Shown here: piece after piece, positions 48,172 to 61,462 of the stretch
How positions within the stretch are numbered: position 1 is the stretch's first letter
Layout: every line of letters begins with the position of its first letter
NCBI GenBank assembly: GCA_048013815.1
Contig: CM106586.1
Location: forward strand, 9,486,001 to 9,550,000
Source: Setoptus koraiensis
Taxonomy: Eukaryota; Animalia; Arthropoda
Direction: 5' to 3'
DNA length: 64,000 bases
Made by a program: the position numbers and the translations under genes
The notes under the pieces: generated by a model
Databases searched by the model: none
Told to the model about the DNA's origin: nothing
The model's input: the letters and a program-made list of their open reading frames with translations, nothing else

Positions 48172-51109
48172 GGTTGAGCTTTTAAGGTTGTACCTATATC
48201 TATCTAATTGTTTGTTTGTATTGGCGTCTTGTATGGTTGGTAGGTATATTTATAGTTGGCTTGTTTGTTTATAATATATATATATATAGTTTGTTTGTTT
48301 GTTTGTTGTTGTGATAGATTGAAGCGACAAACATTTGTCTAGACGAGCAAGTGACGGCGACCTAGCGAGCGCAATCCATTTTATACTGGCGCACAACAAA
48401 CGCCGTGTCATGCTCGCCCGGACACACCCGCTTCCATCCGTGTGAGTGTACCCCAGAGTGCCCTGCAAAAGTGCCCTACATTCAATACATGATACTGTTT
48501 CTGTATCGCACAGTCTGTATGAGTGTGTGTGGGTGCACTGCCCACAAGCCTAGCCGGGCCAGGACGGCCCGATGGGGCACTAAACCGGCATGAGCGACGC
48601 GCATGCCAGCTTGACTGTTGCGCAGAGCGCTTGTGTCAGTGTTGTAGCGCTCAAAAAAGTCGCTGCGTGCACTGTAGTTGCCTGTTGACATATAGAGGCG
48701 CCACGCGACAACGTGCATGCCTGTGTAAAGCTGAACGTTTTGACTCAAAAGTTTTGAGTCAAAAATTTTGAGACTGTTGTGTGTGCCGTTCGCACATTGC
48801 TGCCACAATCAGATTGCCACAATCATATTGCCACAATCAAATTGCGCTCCCCGCGGAAGATTTTACAACTACCGGCAACACTTGCACTTAACCGCGTGGA
48901 GCACATGTTGCACTTGTTGCGGCACGACAAGTGCAACAAGTGCATACACAGGCAAGGTATGCCCACTCGCCACCGCGGGCGACTGGCCACTTGCACCCTT
49001 CTGATACTTATCCCTCACATTCTCTAGCATATTATTAGCTAATATTTATTTATTATATAATATATGTGTATATATATAATATAATAGCGAGCGAGTAAAT
49101 TGATATACAGATCTTACATGTTGGAGAGTGTGTATTATGTGAATTATCATCGGCAGCGATGGAACTGACAGATCTGGCGATTTGTGGCTTGTAAGATATT
49201 GCGTGCGATTGCGAGACAGAGGCAGACAGAGCAGCAAGTGTGAATCGAGTCGATCGTTGATTAACACAAAATATGGCAGTGTGTTGCCATATTGACACCG
49301 TATGTTATAATTAGCAAATTGTATCATGCTTTGATACCAGCAAATTGCTGGCTCGGTCATGATCTTGGCGGCTCGACAGCAGCGACAGAGGATAAATGTA
49401 AACCTGATTGGAGGCAGCGGCCTGCGCGCAATGGCGGAGATTATTGGTTACAAGTTATATAATATATTAATATAAAGTGATATTTTCTGTCTCCTGCCGT
49501 GGAGTCTCTCCAGAGGAGAGTATTGAGCGTTCGCCTACGAGCTTGCATCGATCTGTTCCGTCTATCCGGCTGCACCGGGCGCCGCGGCAGCAGTTTATCT
49601 GTTGATGATGATGTTGTTTTTGTTGCAACTTTCAGCTAAAACGTTTATTTATACAAATATGTAATGAGACGAAAATGAACAAAAACAAAACTGCAACACA
49701 TACAACATGAGCAACGAGCGACTACCTAATAGGCTCGCCAGCAGTTGTTGTAGTGGTGGCGGTAGTGGCAGCGGTAGTAGTTATTTAGTTGTCGCCGGAA
49801 TCACATTCACAAATCTCGCAAGGATCCCTGCCAGTCGCAAATCTTGCTAGGGCACACTTACACGCACACTGTGTGTCATACTGGCAAGTCAGCGCCGCTG
49901 CCTTTATATCGCCTTTAGTGATACACTGATATAAAGGCCACAAGCAATAATAATAATTCATAACTATCCTCTACTGTGTGTGTGTGTGTGTGTCTTGCTT
50001 CTTGAGAGAGATTGTTGCGTAACTCGCACACACCGCTACACGGCCGCTCGCAATCTGCCTGAATCTATCAATCTGTGCATAATCAGATCTAGGCGATTTG
50101 AACCGATTCGACTGCGCGATAAACGTTGTTGCCGATAACGTACAGACGACGACGACGACGACGCCGAGCTGTTCGCAATGGTGCCAAAGTCAATTCGCCA
50201 AAGTTGCAATAGTTGCAAACTATTGCCACTATTGCGAATTGAATGCGATCGGCCAGACAATTGCGCGAATGGGTTGGCGGCGATTGCGAGATGCCGCCAT
50301 GACACAACACGCAGACCTCACATGTCTCATTTGATCAATTTGACTAACAAGTAAGCCAATCGATTTGTGTGTCGTGGTATCAACTCTTGCTCGCTCGCTC
50401 GCTCGCATATTCTTCTCGCATATTCGTCCGATAAGCCGTCGCCACGGTGAGCTTATCTGACCAAATAATCCCATTGCTAATCGTGTGAGCAAGCCGTTGT
50501 GAAGCCATCATGTGCGATGATCAGACATCGTCGATGTCAGTCGGATGGTTCGCAATTCAAGGCAACCGTGCCATTGTTATTGTTATTGTTGTCGATTGTC
50601 GATTGTTGTTGTTGTTGTTGCGTAACAAATCGATTTTATCATACAATCGATGATATAACAGCCCACTGGCGGTGCTGCTGCTGATGAAGCCGTGCCAGGC
50701 TGATAATGAGTATCACTACTAGTGACTGCTTGTGAGTATTCACGAGCGTCATGCCCATCAACTGTGATTTGTTGTTGTTTGCATACGCCACCGATCGAGT
50801 AGATATAGCACTGCTATAATATAGCAGTGAGGTGAGCCCATTCACAGCATGAATATCGTGCAAATATCGTATGAATATCGCGCGTATTACGTGTGGATAT
50901 CGCGCGTATTACGTGTGTATACCGCGTGAATATCGTGTGGTTGTCGCGCTGATTGCGTGTGAATACCGCGTGAATATCGTGTGGATATCGCGCGTATTAC
51001 GTGTGGATATCGTGCGAATATCGTGCGAGCATCGGGCTTCGACAAGCCTGTGAATGACACAGTCTGCGAATAACAGTGGCTCGCTACGTGTGCTGGTTAT
51101 TCATGGGTT

Positions 51110-51163
51110 CACCGGTGAATAACGCGACACCGGTGAATAACGCGACACCGGTGAATGACGCGA
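51110..51163 (+). repeat. 18-bp array (CACCGGTGAATAACGCGA)x3
   Basis: Two exact copies plus one with a single substitution. Confidence 0.93.
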
Positions 51164-54100
51164 CGACAAGGACAGAGGACGTGACCGGCCGCAATGGGCG
51201 CCCGTCAGCAGCCTGTTGCGGCCGGGTCACGTCGTCCGAGCGTCTAGCCAAACCGGCCCATCGCTGTCTGTCGGCGCTGTTGGCCGTGGGCGACGGCGAC
51301 ACAGCGGCCAGAAAAAAGCCGGCTCAATGTCACTCTCGTTGCGCGTCTCGCGACTCGAAGCCTCAGTCGGCCAAGTCGCCATATAGCTACATACCTGCCT
51401 AGTGCTGCTTGTGAGCCGTGTTATGTAATCTCTTTGCCAGTTGCCAGTTGCCAGTTGTCATTGGCCGTTTGTCATTAGCGTGTGTGTCGGCACAAGGAGA
51501 AACGACGAGCTCATATCAATCACGACAACGTGATTGCATCACATTAATGATGATATTTTTGCGGCTCGGATGTCGCTACGTGTGTGTGCGTCTAGGCAAA
51601 TTTGAGCTGTCGGCCGGCTGACAAGTTTTTTAGCTGTCAGTTTCAGTGGAAAGACTGTTGTCACTGTCTACTCTACTGTCAGTGCGGTGTTAGTGCGGTG
51701 TCAGTGTGGCGTCGGTGTAGCGTCGGTGTAGTGTCAGTATGGCGAGGCAACTGTCGCGCTGCTCACGTCGCTTTTGGCGCCATTTCAACGCGACATCCGA
51801 CGAGCCGCTTGCGGCCGCCGTCGGCGGCACGGGAAGCGCGAACCGGAGCCGGCAGCCGAACTGTCGCCCATTAACTGTTATGCGAACAATGCGCAGTTGT
51901 TTTTGTGACGCAACAACCTCTGACCTTGTGCGCGCCCGAACTGCGGCTCGGCGCCGCGCTTGCCGTTGGCGCTGCCGCGTCTGGCGAGCGATTCTCTGAG
52001 CGATTTGGCGAGCGATTTGGCGAGCGATCGGAAACGAGTGCAGAGCGAGTTCGTTTGACGCGCAACTCTGACAGATACGATCGCGTAGCGCACCCAACAG
52101 GTGAGCGCCGAACAGGTGAGCAGCGATTGTGATACTATTATGGTATCGGCAGTGCGCGCGTCGACTCGCGGAGCCGATACCACTCGTATACATACAATAA
52201 GACTCTATTGGCAGTGCCACCGACGGCACAATTGGCGCTGCCAGCGACACTATTGACAGTGCCCTGACGGCACTATTGACAACACTATCGACGGCACCAC
52301 TGACGAGGCTGTTGCAGCAAAACGGAGACTCTCCGTCGGAGCAAATCCGTGCCAGCGACGCCGGCGAAAGCAGCCATCGTGTGCACAAATGGAAATATCC
52401 GATCCGATCCAATCCGCAGCCACCAGTTGATCTCGCTTGTCATTGTCTAACAACAGCAACAGCGACAACAGCGACAACGACAGCAGCAGAGTCAGATGAT
52501 GCATGTCAGACGTTGTTGTCGCTGTTGTGCGACAGTTTAGTCTGTCGCTGCTGTCGATACAAAGTTGGTGCAACAATCGTCGTATCGGCGTGCAACAACA
52601 ACTGCAACAACAACTGCAACAACAACTGCAACAACTGCTGCGACAGCCGCACAGGTGACAGGCACCCCGAGTGGCGCAATGCCGACTAATGCGACTGGCA
52701 GCAGCCAACAAACACACAGACACACTAATGCACAAACAAACAAACAAATGCAAATACCTTGACATTGCGCTACATTCGGCTGCCTCTCGTCGTCGGTGTG
52801 TGTGTCGGTGTGTGTCGTCGGTGTGTGTCGTCGGTGTGTGTCGTCGGTGTGTGTCAGTGTTTGTTTGTCTCTTTCAGCTCGCTCGGCTCGCTCAACTCTT
52901 TGGGCTCCGCGGGCGTCAGTGTGCTCTGCATCATGTGAACCTGTGATGACTTTTGCCGTGCGCTCTCGCCACTCGCTGCAACCTGTTGCTTGCCGTCGCT
53001 CGCATTTCGATCGCTGTCAGCCGTCAGATGTGTCAGGAGTATCAGCTGTGTCGCTTGTGTTACTTGTGTCAGTTGTGTCAGTTGTGTCAGTTGTGTCAAT
53101 TCTGTCAATTGCAAGTGTGTGCGTCGCTCATTCCGCATCGCTCTTGGTCACCTGATTTACCTGTTACCTTTGCACGATTATGCAGTGCAGTGCGCACTAC
53201 ATTACATAATCGCTCCAATGGCATGCGTAGCGCCGTATGTGGTGCCATATTGTGCCACTAATGGCGGCCGCCGTCGATACAATTGGCTCACTGGCAACAC
53301 AGTTAAGCCGATGGCTTGTGGCAATCGCGTTTACCTGAAGCCACACACTTGCCATCGGTGCGTTCGCTTGCCATCAATGCTGCTGCCAGCAAATCTGTTT
53401 TTATAGCCACCTACCTGTAAACTGTACTAGTATGCTAAAGCTGGCATGCTAATCGGCGTACCTGTTGCATCTGCACCATCTGCAATACGATTTGTCGGCG
53501 TGTGTGAGCTCGCACCGGCCGACCAAAGGCCTTGCGCAATCCCAATTCCAAAAGTTCCAATAATCGATTGTGTTCGGTGGCAGCGAACCACGCTGACGCG
53601 CCCCGTGCCTGGCCGCGCTCACCTGTCCACTCGGCCGCAGGCTGCTTGATTGCGCAATATCTGGCCGATGGCGCAATATCTGATCATTATCATCCGGTGC
53701 CCAATCACAAATTGCCATCGATGGATTGCCGCGGTTAGATCGCCGCAGATCGCCAGAGATCGCCGGAGATCGCCGGAGATCGCCGGAGATCGGAGCAGTG
53801 ACAGGCGCGAGCAGTGTTGTTGGCTCGTCTGGGCAACTGGCTCGACCTTTGTCTCAACCTCTGGCGGTGCTTGGCCCGCCAAGCTAGCGTCACCAGTGCC
53901 ATTGCCAGCTATCGTTATTGGCGTCGTTACTGCTTGTATCTGTAGAACAATTTGCAGAATAGAATTCCCTTGAATATATCGAGTGCTGCTCATTAAATTC
54001 ATGGGTAGCCTAGCTGGATAATAACTATAATGAATATTTACATTCATTATATTTATACGTGAACACACACAAAAACACGAAATGAATTAAGGAGATGCAA

Positions 54101-54332
54101 AGCAGATACAGCCTGTATCATACAGCCGTGGATATATGCGCATAACGCCTACATTCCCTGGCTACAGTCTCTAGACTACAGGCTGTGGTGCAGTGGCCAA
54201 GTGATTACGACTTGCGTCACTCGTCGATACTATCGAGTCTCGTTAGGCTTCGCCCGTCAATGAGCTGCTCGCGTCGCTCTCGTTCGAATGTGGGCGATAT
54301 CCTTGTCGGATATTCCTCTTCGGATATTGTCG

Positions 54333-54402
54333 GTCGGACATTCGCGGTCGGACATTCGCGGTCGGATATTTGCGGTCGGACATTCGCGGTCGGATATTCG
54401 CG
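54333..54402 (+). repeat. 14-bp array (GTCGGAYATTCGCG)x5 with degenerate flanks
   Basis: Copies at 54333, 54347, 54361, 54375 and 54389. Confidence 0.93.
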
Positions 54403-54743
54403 GTCTGATGTTGTCGATCGGAGGTTGTCGGCCGGATATTCGCGGTCGGTCGGAGGTTGTGGGGCCGTGTCGACAAAAGTGTGACTTGGTCAGAGCGAGA
54501 TGGCCTCTAATCGGCTTCGAGATGGCCGGCAGTGTGCCAAGTGTGGCACCAACGCCAATACTGTGTGTAACGATAATACTACGCTAATGCCAAGCCACAA
54601 CCACAACAATAATGGCAGTAATTGCTGCAATTTGTCGGCTGCTTCCACTGCGACTGCCCTTGACCTCTAGCCGCACTTCCTCGTTGCTGTTTGTTTATCT
54701 AAGCACGTTTTTTTACAACTGCGCCCGCCATCATTACGCAACT

Positions 54744-54791
54744 GCTTACATAATGGCTCACATAATGGCTTACATAATGGCTTACATAATG
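54744..54791 (+). repeat. 12-bp array (GCTTACATAATG)x4
   Basis: Three exact copies and one with a T>C change. Confidence 0.93.
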
Positions 54792-55064
54792 GCGCCACAG
54801 CACAACGCTGTCACTAATGACTAACTAACATTGTGAGTATGCCGCAAAATAGAGAGTGATGCTGTCGGCATCCAATCAACCGGCTGGCCGGCACCGACAA
54901 GCCAACTTTGCGCCGCAAAGTCGCAAATGGATGCACGCGGTTGCACAAGGTGAGCGGCAGCAGCCCTCACCTGTGTGTCTGTTATGTAACAGCTCACGTA
55001 ATGGGAGTGTGTAACAGCTCGTGTAATAGCTCATTGCATCATCATTGTGTGATTTGTTGTGGCC

Positions 55065-55156
55065 GACAATTGAAAGCTGACAATTGAGAGCTGACAATCG
55101 AGAGCTGACAATTGAAGGCTGACAATTGCAAGCTGACAATTACAAGCTGACAATTG
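55065..55156 (+). repeat. 14-bp array (GACAATTGARAGCT)x6.5
   Basis: Copies start every 14 bp from 55065. Confidence 0.93.
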
Positions 55157-55817
55157 TGAGATGGAGAGAAACGTTACGTTGCGCCAGCATCAACGAGGGC
55201 CGGCCTCTATGACAACAAAGGCTGATTGTTGTTGTTGTCATTGAGCTCAAGTGACGGATCAATTGCTCGCCAAATGGGCCAATGCAATTGCACGCCGTGC
55301 GATATGGCAACATTGCAACAACTAATGACAAGATAAGTGTCGTTACAACTAGTGTTACAGTTTGATCACGTGCAACAGCAGCAACAACAGCAGCAACAAC
55401 AACAACAGCAACAACAACAACAACGACAACGACAACAACGACAACGACAACGACAACAACAACAACAGCAGCACATGTGCATGAGCATTATTTGGCATGA
55501 CCACACAATCAAAACACATCTCGCCAGCATTATAGTGGCAGCATCGCAAACACATATGCGTTTTGTGCGATATGTGACACTGTCGGCAAGCTCATGGCGC
55601 CCATTGTGCTCGACTAATACTGCAACACTGATAACAATGCAACACTAATAATACAACGCTAATAACACAACACTAATAACACTAATGACACCACCCATAC
55701 ATATAAACAATACTAATTATGCTAGTGATGGCAGTAATGCAATGTTGCCAATTAATAGTCACATAACATGAGCGATTGACTATGTTATGTGACTGGGTAT
55801 GTGAGCGAGTTGCAACA

Positions 55818-55935
55818 GTCACCATTGAGCAGTCACTGTCGCTGTTGGATAGTCGCTGTTGAATAGTCGCTGTTGAATAGTCATCATCCAACAGTCGCTA
55901 TTGAACAGTCGCTATCCAACAGTCGCTATTCATCA
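55818..55935 (+). repeat. 14-bp array (GTCGCTRTTGAAYA)x~8
   Basis: 14-bp period from 55838 to 55935, with a degenerate copy at 55818. Confidence 0.88.
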
Positions 55936-56203
55936 GTGAGCGAGCGAGTGTCTTGACAAATGGAAACTGGCAGCTACCACACACACACAATAGAAACAAG
56001 CGCGACAAGTGTTTATCTAGCTAGTGGAAATTAACAGACACAACAAACTTTTGTGTCACAACGTTGTCACAACTGGCTGACTTGGCCTGACAATCGGCGC
56101 GACAAGATGCAGCTCACATCATCAGCTGACTACATGATCGATGACTGATCACTTTTGAATGGGAACTTGACAAATCGCAAATCACAAATCACGAATCGTC
56201 GCC

Positions 56204-56282
56204 GACTCTGTTCAACAGGCTCCGTTCAACAGGCTCCGTTCAACAGGCTCCGTTCAACAGACTCTGTTCAACAGACTCTGTT
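56204..56282 (+). repeat. 14-bp array (GRCTCYGTTCAACA)x5.6
   Basis: Copies start every 14 bp from 56204. Confidence 0.95.
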
Positions 56283-57158
56283 GACTGTCGCTCGCTCGCT
56301 CAACATTGTGCCCGACAAGACGGGCCGAATTCACCATTATTATCACTCTCTCTATCCGCTGCATTCAATACTTACTTACTTTACTTCAATGCTTACTTCA
56401 ATATTGGCAAGCTTGTGCGCTTTTGTCGACACGCCGATGGCTCGCTGCCGCCACCCGAGACGAGTGTTGACAAAATTTGTTTGCAAAGCTCGCTCGCTCG
56501 CTCGCCGGCGACGCCATTCCGATGGCCAGCGACGCGTCAACGGAATACGTCGAACGTATGGCACGAATAATTTGTGACAAATTCATAACTAACTTTTGTC
56601 TGACAACTACAAAGATTCGTATTGCGGGCACCCTCGTTAGCGCCCTTTATCATATCCCATTTTGCGTCTATTGTGCATCGTTGGCTCGCCAACCAAGAAG
56701 CCGATAGCGCTATGCAGCCACGTCGGTGCAACATGTCGCATATACCGCCGACTCGCATACATTTCGCGCTTGCATCATGCAAACCACCGTGCACCATACA
56801 CCACCGTGCACCTCCATATGTCACCGTGCACCATAAACGGTGATATATTGAGATGCACGCAGATGCGACAACCTGATAATCAGGCCCTGATTGGCCAATC
56901 GCCCGTGATAATCAGGCGACGGGCAACAGGCGACGGGCGACGGCCCAATGACAACAACCTGGCCCGGCAACCGCTACATTGATAAATGACAGGCGACAGA
57001 TACAAACGTATATGTAATGTTACATAATGTTGCATGTTTATCATCACGATATCTCATTACGACGAAAGGGTCACACAATGGAGACATTGTCGCATTGTTG
57101 CATCATGCAAGCCATATTGTCACACTGTCAATAGTCAGAATAGTCAGCATTGAATTGA

Positions 57159-57200
57159 GTCGCTATTGAATGGTCGCTATTGAATGGTCGCCATTGAATG
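57159..57200 (+). repeat. 14-bp array (GTCGCYATTGAATG)x3
   Basis: Copies at 57159, 57173 and 57187; same family as the 55818 array. Confidence 0.92.
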
Positions 57201-57721
57201 GCGGCAACTTGCAAATTTTATCCGCCAGCCACATCAGCATGTAAGGCTGGGTATTGCATGCACCCATTCGATACCCACTAATTCAACACTAATATCCTTA
57301 TTGCGTCTAGCCAATAATTTATTTTTATGATAAATAATGGTGGCGACAGTTGCTGAGGTGGCACCAATATCGGCTGTTGCGCAATCGCTGCTGCTGCCGC
57401 CGCCGCCGCCTCAACAACAGATTGATCGTCTGCTGTTGATTGCACGCCTAAAGGCGCCTAGACGTGCAAATGCTGTTGCTGACAAGCGCTTTGGCAAGCT
57501 ACGTTCGTGGAGACTGTGTCGCTCTACAGACTGCATATTGACTAATAATAATAACTATATTATGTTATATAAAAGTAGTAGTTGTCTGTGTGAGCGCGAT
57601 GAGAGCCAGACTGCGCTGCAAACGCGACCATGATCGCACAGTCTGCCGGCTAATTATTAATAATTAGCGCCGATCATTCGAGGTCAATGTACAACAAGTA
57701 CAAACACGGCGCGCACCATGA

Positions 57722-58145
57722 TACTTGTTGTTGTTGTCGTTGTGTCGGTTGTTGTTGTTGTCGTTGTGTCGGTTGTTGTTGTTGTCGTTGTGTCGGTTGT
57801 TGGCGCCACACCAACAACCATCATCGTCAGCCCGGCGCTTTCGTTGGCCAGGCCTGCACCGTTGTCGCTGTGCCGCCGGACAGGTTGTCGACCAACAACA
57901 AGCCAGCAACGAGCCGGCGTTGGTTGCACCACAGACGGTTGCATCACAGTTGGTTGCATCACAGCATTGGCGCGTCTACGAGCAACGGCGCAAGTCAAGT
58001 TCAGCCGTGCTGTTGTTGCCGTCGTGGTCGTCGTCGTTGCTGTCGCTGTCGTTGCTGTTGTTGTCGTTGTTGCTGTCGGTGTTGTTGTTGCTGTCGGTGT
58101 TGTTGTTGCTGTCGGTGTTGTTGTTGCTGTCGGTGTTGCTGCTGC
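57722..58145 (+). repeat. GTT-rich low-complexity region with higher-order 21-bp (x3) and 18-bp (x~4) units
   Basis: GTTGTTGTTGTCGTTGTGTCG repeats near 57725-57800; TGTTGTTGTTGCTGTCGG repeats near 58070-58140. Confidence 0.88.
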
Positions 58146-61100
58146 CACGACAGTGACGTAGAAGATTAAATTCTCTGTATGGGTTGGCGTGTGCGTTTCG
58201 CGGATTAATTATTCACAGAGTCATGGCAAAAAACCAGCCCGAACGCCGGCGCGGCAACCTGTTGGCCAGGCCACAGCACTCGCCAGCAGCAACAGCAACA
58301 AGTGGAAGTCGGGCTACCTGTTTGCCGCTAACAGAGCGAGCATCCTTTGATACTGGTCGCAATTTGCGAGTCGCAAACGCTTGTCAGATGGACATGATAC
58401 TATCATGATGCAAACTGACTTTGCGCCAACAATTTTGTAAAACTCGAGCAAAACAAATCGCACTGCACCATTGCCCATTATACATAGGCACTATGCATAG
58501 GTATGCTAGTGTGTAGTTGTGTGTTGTAGTAAGTTGCATCATAGTTATATCATACCATGATAATATCATAGTAGTGAGTTGCATAAAACAAAGTGTGCAT
58601 CTATCACTTGCGACCATATCAATGGTGAAAGCGCCAAAGTCACTTTATGAATGGTGGCGCAGCGTGAACTGCATTAATAATAACTAGCTCATAAGCTTGA
58701 CACAAGTGGTTAGCTGCGAGACTCTCTTTGCGCTCTTTGCGCTCTTTGCGCAGTGCGAGTGCGGTGCCAATGGCAGCAGTTGCAAATAGTTGTTTGATAA
58801 TACACCATGATAATATTATGTAATATTATATAATATAATGCTTGGCACTGCTACATGCCAGATAAATGCTGCACAAGCCAATGCATAAACCAACTAATAC
58901 TAATAAACTGTATAGTACATGCACGAGGCGGTGCTTAAAGAGTTTATCGAACCACCACCGCCACCGACAATGAAGCTTGCCGAGCGTCAACAACACACAC
59001 ACACACACACACCAGCAGCGACACCAACACTGCACCACATGCATGATACACAGCACATTATGTAACAGCAACGACCATTATATAATAATAATCATACGAT
59101 TAACGATGCTCAACAAAAGTTGATTAGTGGCAAGATGTTGCACTGCTGCACTGCTTGTGAGAAAGTTCAACACTCGTCTCGCATGCCGTGGGCTTGCGAC
59201 CAATAATAATCAAGTGTTATTATCTCACCACTGTTAAACAAATCACAAAACCATTAACGGAAACGCACACGAGCCACAGTGGCTGTTGTCTGGCCGGATG
59301 TTGCAATATTGTTGTTGTTTATTTCACTTTATCACTATTTACCGGCTATCGCAAGACCGCCGCCGCACACCACAACAATATCACTGTCAACCGGCATTAT
59401 GTTATTGATAAGCTGATGGTATTACGTGGCTGACGATTGCGCAACTTTTTGCGTCATCGGCAACGCCAAGCGGCCAAGTTCACCGTCGACGCACCTTTGT
59501 TGTAATGTCAGACATGTTTTTGCGTGACTGTCAACAGTGGGCAAAAACATGTCATGTCATATGTGTCTTGGCTGCGTGATACGCTTATCCGATTCGTGAC
59601 AATCGTCGGCGTTGTTGTTGTTGTCTGGCTTGTTTTTGACTGGCTGTTGTTGTCGTGGGTGCCGGCGGCGCACTGTTGCGCCGCTGTCTACATACTGTCA
59701 CATACTATGCTGCCACAGTCTGTACTGTGTAGACCATAAACATTGCGCAACTGTAAACTGTCATCGTCTTCTGTCACAATTCATCTTCGGGATTGTCTCG
59801 CAATGAGACGCACAATGAGACGCACAATATTGACGCCCCAGTCGCGCTCACTTGCCTCGCTAATGACCCTTTCAATATTCGAATAACATATCCAGTGTTT
59901 GTCTATCTCTCTCTCTCTCACATTTATCATATCTTTGGATGACGCACAAGAATGACACCCGGCCAATAATAACGCTGATACGCCAGCAGCGTCACACTGA
60001 AATTGAGAGGCCGTTACTTTTCTAATCTTCTCCTCCTTTCGCTTCGCTTCGAACGACAACAACAACAACAACGACAACAAATTGCCTTGACGCATTCTAT
60101 TTTTACACCACAGCCAAATGGCATCGCATTTGCCACCGCTTACAGGCCCAATCTAAGCCAGAGTAAAAGCCAGCTAAAACTAGCCATAATAAATATTATT
60201 CGCTCGTCTGCTCACCAGCGATGATCATGTTAAGTGTGGCCACAATTTGATGTCATTATCGCTAACTCTCCCGCTTTATCAACCATATTTATTAACTATA
60301 TTAACTATATTTATATATTTATTTATGTTTGAGCGGCGCCGCGAAACTTCGCATTCTCGCTTGCCGTTTCTTTGCCGAAACGTGACAAGATTGTTGTGAT
60401 GCTCACTGTGTCTGGCTGGCGTTTTTATTGATGAGTATTATCCCTGCTAACGCAAGTGTCTGATTACTGTGTCATACTCGCTGTCTCTCTCTCAATATCT
60501 ATCATTTGTTTTATGTGTCTTATTGCCTATTCGATCTCTCTCACTTGCAGCGAGCTCATTGCAATGATACGCCAACTAGCTCGGGGCTCACTAATCGCCG
60601 CACTGTCTCTCTTAAAAATCCTGTCATCATTCTACACAAACTCTTCAATTCTTTCTTCACTACTGAGCTGAGGATGCACGCTAGTGAAACGTTACAACTA
60701 CCATCCATATTTAACCGAGAGCTCGTGCTTTTTCACACCCTCATCAGTAGCGACATAGACAACAGTCTGAGAGAGACCTTGAGCTCCCGAGTTGCTGCAG
60801 ACTGCTCAATCTCATGTGATGTTGCATGTCAATCAAGTTGCGACAAAAATTGATTGATTGCATGAATATGTAAATTGCAAATATAGAATGTGAATATGAA
60901 TATGATTAGTTCGCAATTGATAACATTTGCAATTAGTTGATATTCGATCATCACCACACTCAAATGCGACAACAGCTAAATTAGTTGTTGTCGAGCAAAA
61001 TAACTCCGAACGTCACATTGGCCGAAACAGGAACAAGGCCCAACTCTATTCTTTACACGAACTTGCAAAGAACTTAGCCACCACGAGCGTCATAGTTTGT

Positions 61101-61462
61101 CATCTTTGACTCTCATTCAAGTGAGCATTTCTCACCCTCGCCCACCTTCTACCCAGTTTCCCCTACCCCTTCCTATTTAAATCAAGCCTCCCTCCTAATC
61201 TCTTTCGAACACTTCCGCGACACTTTCGCTGAAAGTTAGCAGGACCGAATTAAGAAAAATCACAGACATTCAGAAATCATCAGTTCATCAGGGAAAAAAA
61301 TAAAACGGTGTCAACGTAGATTCTATAGAGATATTGTAATCAATTAAAATAATGCAGGCGATGATAGACGTTTCGATGCGCAAGTGCATTCATAGTATAT
61401 GATGATATATGTTTGCTATATATAAACTAGCCATTATATGTTTCTGAAGATCCAGTTCTTAT

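Noticed and set aside
54305-57200. CRISPR-like interpretation of the regular arrays
   Set aside because: Units are contiguous with no unique spacers, there are no cas genes, and the context is eukaryotic.
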